Shown: piece after piece, positions 16,253 through 24,916 of the stretch
Layout of the letters: every line of letters starts with the position of its first letter
Position numbering within the stretch: position 1 is the first letter of the stretch
Assembly (NCBI GenBank): GCA_011380095.1
Contig: DSAL01000063.1
Location: 1 to 37,396, forward strand
Source: Candidatus Altiarchaeales archaeon
Lineage (GTDB): Archaea; Altiarchaeota; Altiarchaeia; IMC4; SCGC-AAA252-I15
Reading direction: 5' to 3'
Length of the DNA stretch: 37,396 nucleotides
Notes under the pieces: model-generated
Database searches by the model: none
Told to the model about the DNA's origin: nothing
The model's input: the letters and a program-made list of their open reading frames with translations, nothing else
Program-made: the position numbers and the translations under genes

Positions 16253-17455
16253 CTATCTTAATCCGAGGAAGAAGAGTATTGTTGGAATTATCAGCACCCC
16301 CATGAGATGAGTTCTGGATACTCCCGCATTCGGGGGCATGAACCCCATGACGGTTGCTAGCGCGAGTATGAAAAGACCGGCAAAACCAGTCAGAAGGAAT
16401 ACGAGAAGCGTCATGAAGACGACGACCAAAAGCGACACCCTGACGTAGTCTATTTTAGAAAACAACTGCATTGCGCGCCGTCCAAGCCAAAGATGAAGTG
16501 TTGTGGCGAAAAACGCGGTCGACGCCATGACGCCTACAAAAAGCATGAGGGTCGGCCAGTCCAATTCAAGTATTTTCGAAAGCATTACAGCCACCCCGCT
16601 TCTCGGGTTTCCGATGGCGTAAAGTGATATTAGGCTGTAGATTGCGTCAGACGTGTTGATTGCGGAAACGGAGACGAGGAAACGCTGGACGCTTCCGCCG
16701 TATAGATGGCTCATCAAAACCCCCACCTGGCTTGGAGAAAGCGAGGGCAGCACTCCGACCGTGATTCCGCCGAACGAGCCGGCAAGGCCTGATGTGAAAA
16801 GCCCCCGGTCGTATTCCAACACCGCATATTCTTTTTGCGGGATGTTTTTGGGTTTTGAATTGATGGATAAAAGTATGGTGCTCAATCCGAAAAGCCCGGT
16901 GAAGGCCGGAAACAAGACTTGTGTAGACGAGAGTATGTTTAAGTGGAGTATCTCGTATCCGAACCATCCGGCGCAGGCGAATATGAAGGCGGCCTTTATG
17001 AAGCCGGATTTGCCTTCTCGAAGTATCAGGATGATTGATACTGCGGCGATTACGTAGACTACGACCTCCCGGATTGAGGTGTAGAGAACTGGGAGGATGT
17101 ATAGCGCTGGCAGGAGGAACAATAGCGCGCTAGTCAACCCAATCAGGCTTCCGAACGCCGTTAGCTTGACCGCCTCATACGATTTCCCGTCCATCAGAAG
17201 ACGGTGCAGTGGCAGGACCGTCAGCGCGGTCTCCTCTTCCGGAACACCCAAAAAGATTGCGGGAATGAAGTCGAGGAAAGTGTGTGTGACGCTCATCGCC
17301 ACCATCACAACACCGAATTCCGTGGCGGCAATCCCAAGGCGCGGGTAGACTGTCAAGCCCAGTATGCAGACGGTGTTCACGTGCAGTCCCGGAGTCAATC
17401 CAGTTAAAACGCCGAGCAGGCAGCCCAAAAGCGTGTATGCCAGATAGCTTATCAT
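16253..17455 (-). CDS. Integral membrane protein, TctA/DUF112-like (COG1784)
   Basis: 400 aa with about 10 or more TM helices. The N-terminal GVLTGLTPGLHVNT and C-terminal THLMGVLIIPTILFF resemble the archaeal DUF112 family. The assignment is from memory. Confidence 0.5.
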   Translation of the reverse strand: MISYLAYTLLGCLLGVLTGLTPGLHVNTVCILGLTVYPRLGIAATEFGVVMVAMSVTHTFLDFIPAIFLGVPEEETALTVLPLHRLLMDGKSYEAVKLTAFGSLIGLTSALLFLLPALYILPVLYTSIREVVVYVIAAVSIILILREGKSGFIKAAFIFACAGWFGYEILHLNILSSTQVLFPAFTGLFGLSTILLSINSKPKNIPQKEYAVLEYDRGLFTSGLAGSFGGITVGVLPSLSPSQVGVLMSHLYGGSVQRFLVSVSAINTSDAIYSLISLYAIGNPRSGVAVMLSKILELDWPTLMLFVGVMASTAFFATTLHLWLGRRAMQLFSKIDYVRVSLLVVVFMTLLVFLLTGFAGLFILALATVMGFMPPNAGVSRTHLMGVLIIPTILFFLGLR

Positions 17456-17566
17456 TTCATGATGAGCCGCCCGTGAATGTTAAAGGTATTGACGGTATTT
17501 ATTTTCCACCGGATTCGGTGTTAAGGCTTTTAGCCTAGTAAACGTAATTTTCTATCCGGCCGGAAG

Positions 17567-19324
17567 TTGTTGTTTTGGTTGGGGAGCGTGGAGTATCTTG
17601 TGGAAGTCCTAAAACACGGCGGCAGCCTGTCCGAATTTGACAAGGGCAAGATTGTTAAAACCTGCATGACCGCGGGCTGTTCACTGGATTTGGCTTCAAG
17701 GATTGCGGGGGAGATAGAGTCGATATGCTATCCGGGCATGCCGACCATCGAGATACGCGAGAAGGTTTACGGCATGCTCTGCGACATCGACAAAGAACTT
17801 GCCGAAAAATACTTGTACCGCACCAACCTTCGGGTTAGGACTTCAGACTACCAGCTGAAGAAATTCAACGGGCAAAAGATTACCGACTCTCTTGTGACGG
17901 AGACTCTTGTTGACGAGGAGTTCGCCTCCCAAATCGCCAAGGCCGTCGAAAAGGAGCTGGCGAAACTCAAGCTCGATTATGTGACGGCACCCCTCATCCG
18001 CGAGATTGTGAACGTCAAGCTTTTGGAGGAGGGCATGGAGAGCGTCCGCGCCAAATACACAAGACTTGGAATGCCGGTATATGACGTGAAAGAGCTTTTC
18101 AGGGGCGTCGGGCTTGAGGGAGGATTCTGCCCCCAACGGATTAGGGATGCGATGGCTGAGCAGATAATAACCGAATACACCCTCCTTAACATCCTGCCTC
18201 CGGCTCTCGCCGACAGCCATCTTAAGGGGGATTTGAACATACACTACATCCGCGATTTTCCGCTGAAGGCGGAGTCTTTCAGCCATCCCTTGAAAATATT
18301 TCTGGAAAAAGGGTTGGACTGGAATGGGACTGAAACGTTCGTCTTGGAAAAGCCTGCGAAAACAGGAGGCGATTTCGTGAGGCATTTGAGAAAGATTTCA
18401 TACTCGGCAGGGCTTGAATTGAGCGGACTGCAGGTTTTCCCGGGCATTTTGGAGTTAGCTAAAAAGTTCGCGAGAAAAGACGCGGAAAAATTCGTGAAAG
18501 AAATGGTTTCCGAACTGTCCTACGCAAGCAGGATAACGGAGAGCGGGAGGGTGATGCTGTCGCTTGAAGACGTGGGCGATTTTTCAAAAAGCCTTGTCAA
18601 ACCGCTTTTGGAAAACAGTGGTGACGCCAACGGCCTTGTATTTTGGATTGACGCGAAAGATGCGCAAACCCTGAGGACTGCGGTAGGGAGAAAACCGTGG
18701 GGCGCGCAAATAATTTTGGGGAAGACTCCGGCATATTTTGAGCCGGAGATGGGTGTCGCCCAGACCGTCTGCATAAACCTCGCCCACGCCGAAAGCCTTG
18801 AGGGGGAGGTGGAGTCTGTGCAAAGGCTTTTGAAGGACGCTAAGGAAATCCTGATTTTCAAGAAGAAGATGCTGCAGGAAAACCACAGGAAGGGTTTGTG
18901 GAGCTATCTCGGCCAAATGCAGGAGGGGACGGCGGTTTACGACCCGCTTAAACAGGAGTATGTGATATCTTTCTGCGGGCTTGAAAGCGTTTCGGAAAAA
19001 GAGTTGGGGGAAACACAGGTTCTTGAATCAATGCGAAAATACGTCAACAGCCTGAAGAAGAAGAGCGGCATGCGGTTCATGCTCAAAAAGTGCGGTTGCC
19101 CGGAATGCTGCGCCAGGTTTGCGCGGATTGACGGAAAACGCTCCTGCAAAAATAAAGTTAATCTGCTGGAAGAGTTTGGCGAGGTTGTCGAACGCTGGAA
19201 CATGATTTCACGATACGCCGACAGTCAAAGCCCGATTGAGGTTGACGGCGGGAAAGCCTCCAAAAAGATTATTGAAGCGTGCACGGGTTTATTGGAGCGT
19301 GGAATACCAATACGATTTGTTTAG
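17567..19324 (+). CDS. Double ATP-cone protein with class III RNR (NrdD)-like body, apparently lacking radical motifs
   Basis: There are two ATP-cone-like segments: VEVLKHGGSLSEFDKGKIVKT... and LRVRTSDYQLKKFNGQKITDSL.... The body shows NrdD-like stretches: SHLKGDLNIHYIRDF, EKPAKTGG and VAQTVCINLAHAE. The C-terminus has a CGCPECC..C cluster but I see no RVCGY-type glycyl-radical motif. The start is probably GTG 17588 (VEYLVEVLKHGG) rather than TTG 17567. Confidence 0.55.
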   Translation: MLFWLGSVEYLVEVLKHGGSLSEFDKGKIVKTCMTAGCSLDLASRIAGEIESICYPGMPTIEIREKVYGMLCDIDKELAEKYLYRTNLRVRTSDYQLKKFNGQKITDSLVTETLVDEEFASQIAKAVEKELAKLKLDYVTAPLIREIVNVKLLEEGMESVRAKYTRLGMPVYDVKELFRGVGLEGGFCPQRIRDAMAEQIITEYTLLNILPPALADSHLKGDLNIHYIRDFPLKAESFSHPLKIFLEKGLDWNGTETFVLEKPAKTGGDFVRHLRKISYSAGLELSGLQVFPGILELAKKFARKDAEKFVKEMVSELSYASRITESGRVMLSLEDVGDFSKSLVKPLLENSGDANGLVFWIDAKDAQTLRTAVGRKPWGAQIILGKTPAYFEPEMGVAQTVCINLAHAESLEGEVESVQRLLKDAKEILIFKKKMLQENHRKGLWSYLGQMQEGTAVYDPLKQEYVISFCGLESVSEKELGETQVLESMRKYVNSLKKKSGMRFMLKKCGCPECCARFARIDGKRSCKNKVNLLEEFGEVVERWNMISRYADSQSPIEVDGGKASKKIIEACTGLLERGIPIRFV

Positions 19325-20581
19325 ATGGAAGGAAGTGACGTACGCTGCAAGATTACTAAGGCGATGAAGGAGGCCCGTCCGATGAGCAGGCAACTGTGCC
19401 TCTCATGCAAGGGGGGCAGGCTCTTGTGCGGGATGTCGAGTTGCCCTCTTTTGAAAAAGCTTGAAGTCCAAGCACCCCTAACTGAAAGGATTGGGCGCGA
19501 TGTTGACGGCCCGAGCCCCTCAATCTTTGTCGGATGGGGAGGGTATCCCCAAGTTAGCGTGGGGCAGCTGACGTCTTTCAGCCCGGACACCGCCTCCGCA
19601 TCAGATAATCCCGGAGGATGGTACGGCCTCGGCTTCGAAGACATCATCGCCTACAGGTCCAGCCTTATTCGGAGCAAGAAAAAACAGGGTGTTTTCAAAA
19701 GGAACGGTTTCATAGACGACTTGCGGGAGATTGCCCTTTCAGTAAATCCTGTTGAGGTTGAAGCCCGCTACAAGAACCCGCCGAAATTCAGTCTCGAGTT
19801 TAATCCCGTGTCTCAGCCGATGGGTCCGAGCGGGGTTTTGGAGAAGATGGATTTGACCGGCAATCCCAAGATTCCGAGGAGGGTTGATTCGGTTGTGAAC
19901 GACGATTTGAAGTCTCAGACGCAGGTCGGAATGCTTTATGAAAGCGATTTTGACGTCTATTATTTGAGCGGGGTTTTGTCGTCCGGAATCTTGGGCTTGG
20001 AAGACAAGCAGAAGATGGTGCCCACCCGCTGGAGCATCACCGCAATCGACGGCATGCTCGCTAAAAAGATGATGGAGGAAATCCGCGGTTGCCCTCAAAT
20101 CAACGAGTTTTTGGTTTTTGAAAACACTTATCTCGAGAACCATTTCGAGATAATTTTGATGCCCGGCGCCTGGGAGTTCGAATTGTTTGAAGCCTGGAGT
20201 CCAAACACGCTTTGGACGATGAATGAAAGTGAGCCGGTGATACAGGTGGAATACGAGGGGCATGATGGGAGGACCAAGTACGCGTTCAACGAGGGCGGGG
20301 GCTACTACGCCGGAAGGCTTGCGGTGGCCGAATACCTTTCGAAAATCCGAAGGCAGGCTCGTGCAATAGTGTTTAGGGAAATCTATGAGGGTTATGTCGT
20401 GCCGGTCGGAGTCTGGGAGGTGCGGGAGAACGTCCGCCACGCATTCACTAAAAAACCAAAACGATTCCAGAGCATGAGGGAGGCTTTATCCGACATCGAA
20501 ACGAGACTGAGGATTCCGGTGAGAAATTATACCGACAAGAGCCGGATACTCGCGCAAAAAAGGATTACAGACTACTTCTGA
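19325..20581 (+). CDS. nreA: NreA-family DNA repair protein (COG1602) with C-terminal PIP box
   Basis: The N-terminal Cys motif is LCLSCKGGRLLCGMSSCPLL. 418 aa. The protein ends in QKRITDYF*, matching the PIP consensus Q-x-x-[ILM]-x-x-[FY]-[FY] (20555-20578). Its ATG follows immediately after the upstream TAG. Confidence 0.75.
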   Translation: MEGSDVRCKITKAMKEARPMSRQLCLSCKGGRLLCGMSSCPLLKKLEVQAPLTERIGRDVDGPSPSIFVGWGGYPQVSVGQLTSFSPDTASASDNPGGWYGLGFEDIIAYRSSLIRSKKKQGVFKRNGFIDDLREIALSVNPVEVEARYKNPPKFSLEFNPVSQPMGPSGVLEKMDLTGNPKIPRRVDSVVNDDLKSQTQVGMLYESDFDVYYLSGVLSSGILGLEDKQKMVPTRWSITAIDGMLAKKMMEEIRGCPQINEFLVFENTYLENHFEIILMPGAWEFELFEAWSPNTLWTMNESEPVIQVEYEGHDGRTKYAFNEGGGYYAGRLAVAEYLSKIRRQARAIVFREIYEGYVVPVGVWEVRENVRHAFTKKPKRFQSMREALSDIETRLRIPVRNYTDKSRILAQKRITDYF

Positions 20582-20589
20582 AAATAGTG

Positions 20590-20596
20590 TTTTTTT
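20590..20596 (+). terminator. Oligo-T tract (T7) after nreA
   Basis: TTTTTTT lies 9 nt after the nreA stop, in the 19-nt gap between the convergent nreA and trkH genes. Confidence 0.3.
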
Positions 20597-20600
20597 AAAT

Positions 20601-22094
20601 CTAGCCCCTCATCTTGTTTTTTCGCCTGACGAGCGGGCGCAGGAGAAGGAGTATGGGGAAGACTTCAAGCCTCCCAATCCACATCAAAAGCGCCAAAACG
20701 ATTTTCCCGGAAGACACCATCTCAAACCAGCGGGCGCCTGTCACAAACACTATTCCGACGTTGCCCATCGCGGAAAAGCTCAACTCGACGCCCTCCATCC
20801 CGGTGAATCCTAAAGACATGAGGAGTATCGCGCCAACAAGCGAGATTATCAAGTATATCATCGAGAATCCGAGTACGTAGAGCAGGTCTGCGAAATCAAT
20901 GTTTTTCTCGCCGAGCTTGAATGCCACAACCGCGTTCTTCGGAAGCATCATCCGCTTGAAGACGTAGTGTATGGACTTTACTATTACGGCAAGCCTCAAA
21001 AGCTTTATTCCGCCGGCGGTCGAGCCGTAGAATCCTCCGGAATACATGAGCATTATCAGGACTGTTTGGGCGAGCTCCGGCCACTGGCCGGTGTCACTTG
21101 TTCCAAAGCCAGTGCACGTTATCGCGGAAACAGTCTGGAAGGCGCTTTTGCGAAGCGATATGGCGGGGGATGCAGAATTGAAGTCTGGTGCGGAGTTGAA
21201 GACGCTCGCCCAGACGACGAGGGTTGATGTGAGGATTAGGAAGAACATGAATTTCGACTCAACATTTGATAGGAGAGACTTCACGTCGCCTGTGAAAAGC
21301 CGATAATGCAGGAGGAAGCTTACGGCGCCCGCAAGCATGAGAAGGATTGTGATGACTTCGATTACGACGGAATCGAAGTGTCCGATGCTTTGAGAGTGGG
21401 TTGAAAATCCGCCTGTCGCTATGGCCGCCCAACTGTGGTTTAAAGCGTCGAAGAATGACATTCCCGCGATGAAGTATAGGATGGTTCCGGCGAACGCGTA
21501 GAGCATGTAGATTTTCCATGTTTCCACAACAGTACCCCGTATCCCCGGCTTGATGCGCTGGACTCCCACCTCGCTCCCATAGTATTCCGCCGCAGCCTTT
21601 CCCGTGTTCAGAAATACTACAAGGCCGAGGGCGATGATTCCGACGCCTCCCACAAGGTGCGTGAGGCTTCGGTAGAGAAGTATGTCTTTATCGATGTTTT
21701 CAGGATACTCTATCATCGTCATCCCCGTAGTCGCCCAACCGCTCATCGACTCGAAGAAGCTGTCTACCGGGCCGAGCGTTCCGCGAACGAGAAACGGCAG
21801 CATGCCGACGATGGCGATTATCATCCAGGCGACGACCACGGTCGTTAGGGCGTGTGAAGTACGCGTCTCCGTCTTCGTCTTGCCCGCCTTTTTGGATAGG
21901 GTGTAGAGCATGTAGAACACGAGGGAGGGAAGCAGGAACGCGAGCATCTCGTGAAACAATTCCGTCTTGGACTGTGCGCTGGTGTAGAATACTGTGGCCG
22001 CAACCGGCACGAGCATGACGATTGACAGGACCTGAAGAATTCCGGACAAGTCCCTTAAGGTGACTTTAAGGTCGTCCAGCGTGAACGAATACAT
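20601..22094 (-). CDS. trkH: TrkH/KtrB-family potassium transporter membrane subunit
   Basis: 497-aa polytopic protein. It has repeated pore-loop-like segments (MSGWATTGMT, ATGGFSTH, ITCTGFGTS, MGNVG) and sits immediately downstream of trkA. Confidence 0.85.
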   Translation of the reverse strand: MYSFTLDDLKVTLRDLSGILQVLSIVMLVPVAATVFYTSAQSKTELFHEMLAFLLPSLVFYMLYTLSKKAGKTKTETRTSHALTTVVVAWMIIAIVGMLPFLVRGTLGPVDSFFESMSGWATTGMTMIEYPENIDKDILLYRSLTHLVGGVGIIALGLVVFLNTGKAAAEYYGSEVGVQRIKPGIRGTVVETWKIYMLYAFAGTILYFIAGMSFFDALNHSWAAIATGGFSTHSQSIGHFDSVVIEVITILLMLAGAVSFLLHYRLFTGDVKSLLSNVESKFMFFLILTSTLVVWASVFNSAPDFNSASPAISLRKSAFQTVSAITCTGFGTSDTGQWPELAQTVLIMLMYSGGFYGSTAGGIKLLRLAVIVKSIHYVFKRMMLPKNAVVAFKLGEKNIDFADLLYVLGFSMIYLIISLVGAILLMSLGFTGMEGVELSFSAMGNVGIVFVTGARWFEMVSSGKIVLALLMWIGRLEVFPILLLLRPLVRRKNKMRG

Positions 22095-22101
22095 GTTAAG
22101 A

Positions 22102-22506
22102 TTACTCCCAGGTTATTTTGCTGGCGATGTCCATCGCAGCCTGCTTTTCGGGGCTTATTATCGCATCCACTCCAAGCTCCTGGAAGAGCGGTATGAACTC
22201 GGGCTCCTTCACTCGGGAAACCGCCTTCCTCCCGCTTTTTTTCGCGATGAGCGATAGGAACAGGTTGACTTGGTCGTCGTGGGTTACCGCGATGAAGACG
22301 TCCTGTTTTTCAAGGTTCGCCTCCTTCAGGACGTACCTTTTGCTGGCGTTGCCCTCGATAATCTTGAAATTCTTCCTCTTCCCGAAATCCTGAGACAGCG
22401 CCTTAACCTTTTGTGCGTTCACTTCAATCAGGGTTATGTCGTGTTCTGGAAGCGCCTCAACCAGTTCTCTTCCAAGCGTCCCGCCTCCCGCAATCAGTAT
22501 CTTCAT
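22102..22506 (-). CDS. trkA: TrkA-N (NAD-binding RCK) domain protein, N-domain only
   Basis: MKILIAGGGTLGRELVEAL is the Rossmann GxGxxG motif. At 134 aa it has no RCK C-domain. It lies 8 nt upstream of trkH. Confidence 0.8.
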   Translation of the reverse strand: MKILIAGGGTLGRELVEALPEHDITLIEVNAQKVKALSQDFGKRKNFKIIEGNASKRYVLKEANLEKQDVFIAVTHDDQVNLFLSLIAKKSGRKAVSRVKEPEFIPLFQELGVDAIISPEKQAAMDIASKITWE

Positions 22507-22584
22507 CTTGAATCCTCCTCCTAAAAAAACATTATTGTTCTGGAATTAATAATAGGAGGTATTTATAATATAGTTGGAGGAAGA

Positions 22585-23382
22585 ATGCCGGTAGTAGAAT
22601 ATCAGCTGAAAGACCTTTTGGAGTTGATGGGGGCGGGCTATAGCGAGCGGGAGCTTTCCGTGGCGATACCAATGATGGGGACCGACCTTGCCGGCATAAA
22701 AGACGGCGTGATTACCGTTGAAGTCTTCCCGAACCGCCCTGACATCCTCAATATCGAGGGTTTCGCCCGGGCGCTCAAAGGTTTTATGGGCGTTGAAGGG
22801 GGGCTTGCGAGATACGGCGTGTCGCCGTCCGGCATGGAACTTCTCGTCGAGAAGAAGAATGTTGAGGGCATCCGCCCGTTCATTTCGGCCGCAATCGTCA
22901 AAGACCTTGAGTTGAGCGAGGACGGCGTAGTCTCTTTGATGAACGTTCAGGAGAAACTCCACATCACCCACGGCCGGAACAGGCGGAAGGTGGCCATAGG
23001 CGTCCACGACCTCGACAAGATTAAGGGCCCGTTCACATACACCGCGAAAAATCCTAAAGACGTCTCGTTCATCCCGCTCGACATGAATGAGAAGATGAAC
23101 TTGCAGCAGATACTTTCAAGACACCCGAAGGGAAGAGACTACGCGTGGACTGTTGAGGGATTCAAAAAGTATCCGGTAATCTTTGACTCAACCGGCGAAG
23201 TCCTCTCGTTCCCGCCCATCATCAACGGAGAATACTCCCGTGTCGGCGACAATACAAGAAACATCTTCATCGAATGCACGGGCACAAGCCAAAACGCATG
23301 CGACATCGCAGTCAACATAATTGTTACAGGACTCGCAGACCGGGGCGGAAAAATACAGAGCATAGAAGTCAGCGAGAAATAG
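22585..23382 (+). CDS. pheT: Phenylalanyl-tRNA synthetase beta subunit, N-terminal B1 + B3/B4 portion only (truncated or split)
   Basis: It is collinear with the archaeal PheT N-half. Matching stretches are MPVVEY..DLLELMG, FPNRPDILNIEGFARALKGFMG, EKLHITHGRNRRKVAIGVHDLDKI, PPIINGEYS and IVTGLADRGGKIQSIEV. It stops at 265 aa, whereas archaeal PheT is about 550 aa by my recollection. A good SD (GGAGG) lies upstream. Confidence 0.75.
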   Translation: MPVVEYQLKDLLELMGAGYSERELSVAIPMMGTDLAGIKDGVITVEVFPNRPDILNIEGFARALKGFMGVEGGLARYGVSPSGMELLVEKKNVEGIRPFISAAIVKDLELSEDGVVSLMNVQEKLHITHGRNRRKVAIGVHDLDKIKGPFTYTAKNPKDVSFIPLDMNEKMNLQQILSRHPKGRDYAWTVEGFKKYPVIFDSTGEVLSFPPIINGEYSRVGDNTRNIFIECTGTSQNACDIAVNIIVTGLADRGGKIQSIEVSEK

Positions 23383-23390
23383 AAGAAAAT

Positions 23391-23398
23391 AAAAAAAA
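23391..23398 (-). terminator. Oligo-T tract (T8 on the minus strand) after the DUF4870 gene
   Basis: An A8 run on the + strand lies 22 nt downstream of the minus-strand stop at 23420-23422. Confidence 0.3.
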
Positions 23399-23419
23399 GA
23401 AGAATGGAAAAGATGTTGT

Positions 23420-23806
23420 CTACATCTTTTCCGCTACAAGGTCTCCGATTAAAGCGTACCTGAAGTCCTCGCCCCGGAACGTCTTGTACGCACCAATGAG
23501 GGCGTAGATTAGTGCTGCAAGAGCCAGTAAGAGTACGACTGGTATCAGCAGGAAGCCTACCACCACAAAAGACAGTATTATCGCCGCAAACCAGAGTACG
23601 ACTAATACAACGGTTACTGCAAGCTGGTATGCGAGCGCCTGGAGCGCCTGGAATTTCACTACCTTGCTCTTGTCCTTGTACATCAGCCAGATAATCAATG
23701 GCACGATTACCGGCATTATTATCACGGATGCGTGCGATATTGCGGCCATAATGTTGTCGTCGTTTGAGCCCTTGGATTTCGCCTTTTTAGATTCTCCTTC
23801 AACCAT
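23420..23806 (-). CDS. DUF4870-like membrane protein
   Basis: AAISHASVIIMPVIVPLIIWLMYKDKSKVVKFQALQALAYQL matches the DUF4870 pattern. ATG 23806 (MVEGESKK) is preferred over the track start at 23881. Confidence 0.6.
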   Translation of the reverse strand: MVEGESKKAKSKGSNDDNIMAAISHASVIIMPVIVPLIIWLMYKDKSKVVKFQALQALAYQLAVTVVLVVLWFAAIILSFVVVGFLLIPVVLLLALAALIYALIGAYKTFRGEDFRYALIGDLVAEKM

Positions 23807-23907
23807 TTTTGGGTCCACCTTTTTCTTGGAAAAATTAGAGTGTATGAGTGTATATATACGGTATGTTAAATAACTAAACAAGTATTTTAGAGGTGTTTTA
23901 CGTTAAA

Positions 23908-24390
23908 ATGAATATTGGGAAAATGATTATGCCCGCGATAATCGTGGGGGTGCTCGTAGCAGTTTTGAATGGCGTGTTAAGCCTTGTTTCGATAATACCG
24001 TTTTTAGGTTGCATTGTCGCTCCTTTAAACCTTTGTCTTTGTTTTGTCCTGCCGGTAGCCGGGGGAATGGCGGCTGCAATGTTATACGGCCGGGGGGCTT
24101 CGCTTGACGTGGTTTCGGGTGCTGTGGTCGGCGCGCTCGCCGGAATAGTCGGCGGAATACTGTCCCCCATCGTGGGCTTCTTGGTCGGACTGCTCAACAA
24201 CGCGCTTGGCGTCGGCATGAGCGCGGTCCAGGGCGCCGCCGCAGAAGACCTTTTAGCACAGGCCGGAGTCGGGCTTGCTGCCGGAATCGGCGGCGCATTG
24301 CTTGGAATAGTTGTCGGAGTGTTCCTTGGAGCAGTTCTTGGAGCGGTCGGCGGCGCGATAATGGGCGCCGTGGGCGGGGGAAAGAAATAA
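23908..24390 (+). CDS. Gly/Ala-rich (glycine-zipper) membrane protein, paralog A
   Basis: MNIGKMIMPAIIVGVLVAVLNGVLSLVSIIPFLGC... is followed by long GxxxG arrays (GAVVGALAGIVGGIL, GIGGALLGIVVGVFLGAVLGAVGGAIMGAVGGG). The N-terminus aligns with the next gene. The track starts at GTG 23893. Confidence 0.65.
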   Translation: MNIGKMIMPAIIVGVLVAVLNGVLSLVSIIPFLGCIVAPLNLCLCFVLPVAGGMAAAMLYGRGASLDVVSGAVVGALAGIVGGILSPIVGFLVGLLNNALGVGMSAVQGAAAEDLLAQAGVGLAAGIGGALLGIVVGVFLGAVLGAVGGAIMGAVGGGKK

Positions 24391-24421
24391 TCCCCCAAAT
24401 ATTTTTCGAGGTGAATTCAAG

Positions 24422-24916
24422 ATGAGTTTCGGAAGAATGATTATTTCAGGGATAGTAGGGGGAATCGCAGCAACCGTATTAAGCCTTGTTCCAATCGTCA
24501 ACTGGTGTGAAATGTGCTTTCTCATAAGCGTGTTCGGTGGATTCATAGCCGCGTGGTTTTACGCTAAAAAATGCGAGGTTTCGATTGTAAGCGGGATTTT
24601 GGCTGGAGCATGGTCCGGAATATTCAAGACGCTTTTGATAGGGATAGTATCTCTTGCAATAGCGGCTTTATTAGGCTCCGGCGTCGGAATCATGGGGATT
24701 TTCGCCGGCGCGAACGTCACAGAGCTTGTCGCAATGACAGGCATTGCTGTCGGCACAAGCGTTGCCGCAACAGCCATAGCAGTCCTTTTGATTGCGGTTA
24801 TCTCCGCGGTTGCGGGGGCGGTCGGAGGCGCGATATACGCCGCGACTTGCGTGAATAAGCCTTCGTCCGGCGGGAAGAAGACTGTCGTCGTTAACGCGAG
24901 CGGCCAAGTGCAATGA
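24422..24916 (+). CDS. Gly/Ala-rich (glycine-zipper) membrane protein, paralog B
   Basis: MSFGRMIISGIVGGIAATVLSLVPIVNWCEMC... resembles paralog A in its N-terminus, Cys positions and small-residue TM repeats. Its stop overlaps the next start (ATGA). Confidence 0.65.
   Translation: MSFGRMIISGIVGGIAATVLSLVPIVNWCEMCFLISVFGGFIAAWFYAKKCEVSIVSGILAGAWSGIFKTLLIGIVSLAIAALLGSGVGIMGIFAGANVTELVAMTGIAVGTSVAATAIAVLLIAVISAVAGAVGGAIYAATCVNKPSSGGKKTVVVNASGQVQ

Noticed and set aside
17459-17500. ATGATGA next to the TctA-like gene start; possible C box
   Set aside because: No CUGA D or D-prime box lies at the expected 12-nt spacing, and no second box pair is present.
19739-20440. 233-aa ORF on the minus strand
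   Set aside because: It is antisense to nreA and has no recognisable domain. It is a shadow ORF.
23898-24398. 166-aa Pro/Thr/Ala-rich ORF on the minus strand
   Set aside because: It is the mirror image of the Gly/Ala-rich gene, because GGN/GCN codons read as NCC/NGC on the opposite strand. The + strand product has coherent TM architecture and a paralog next door.
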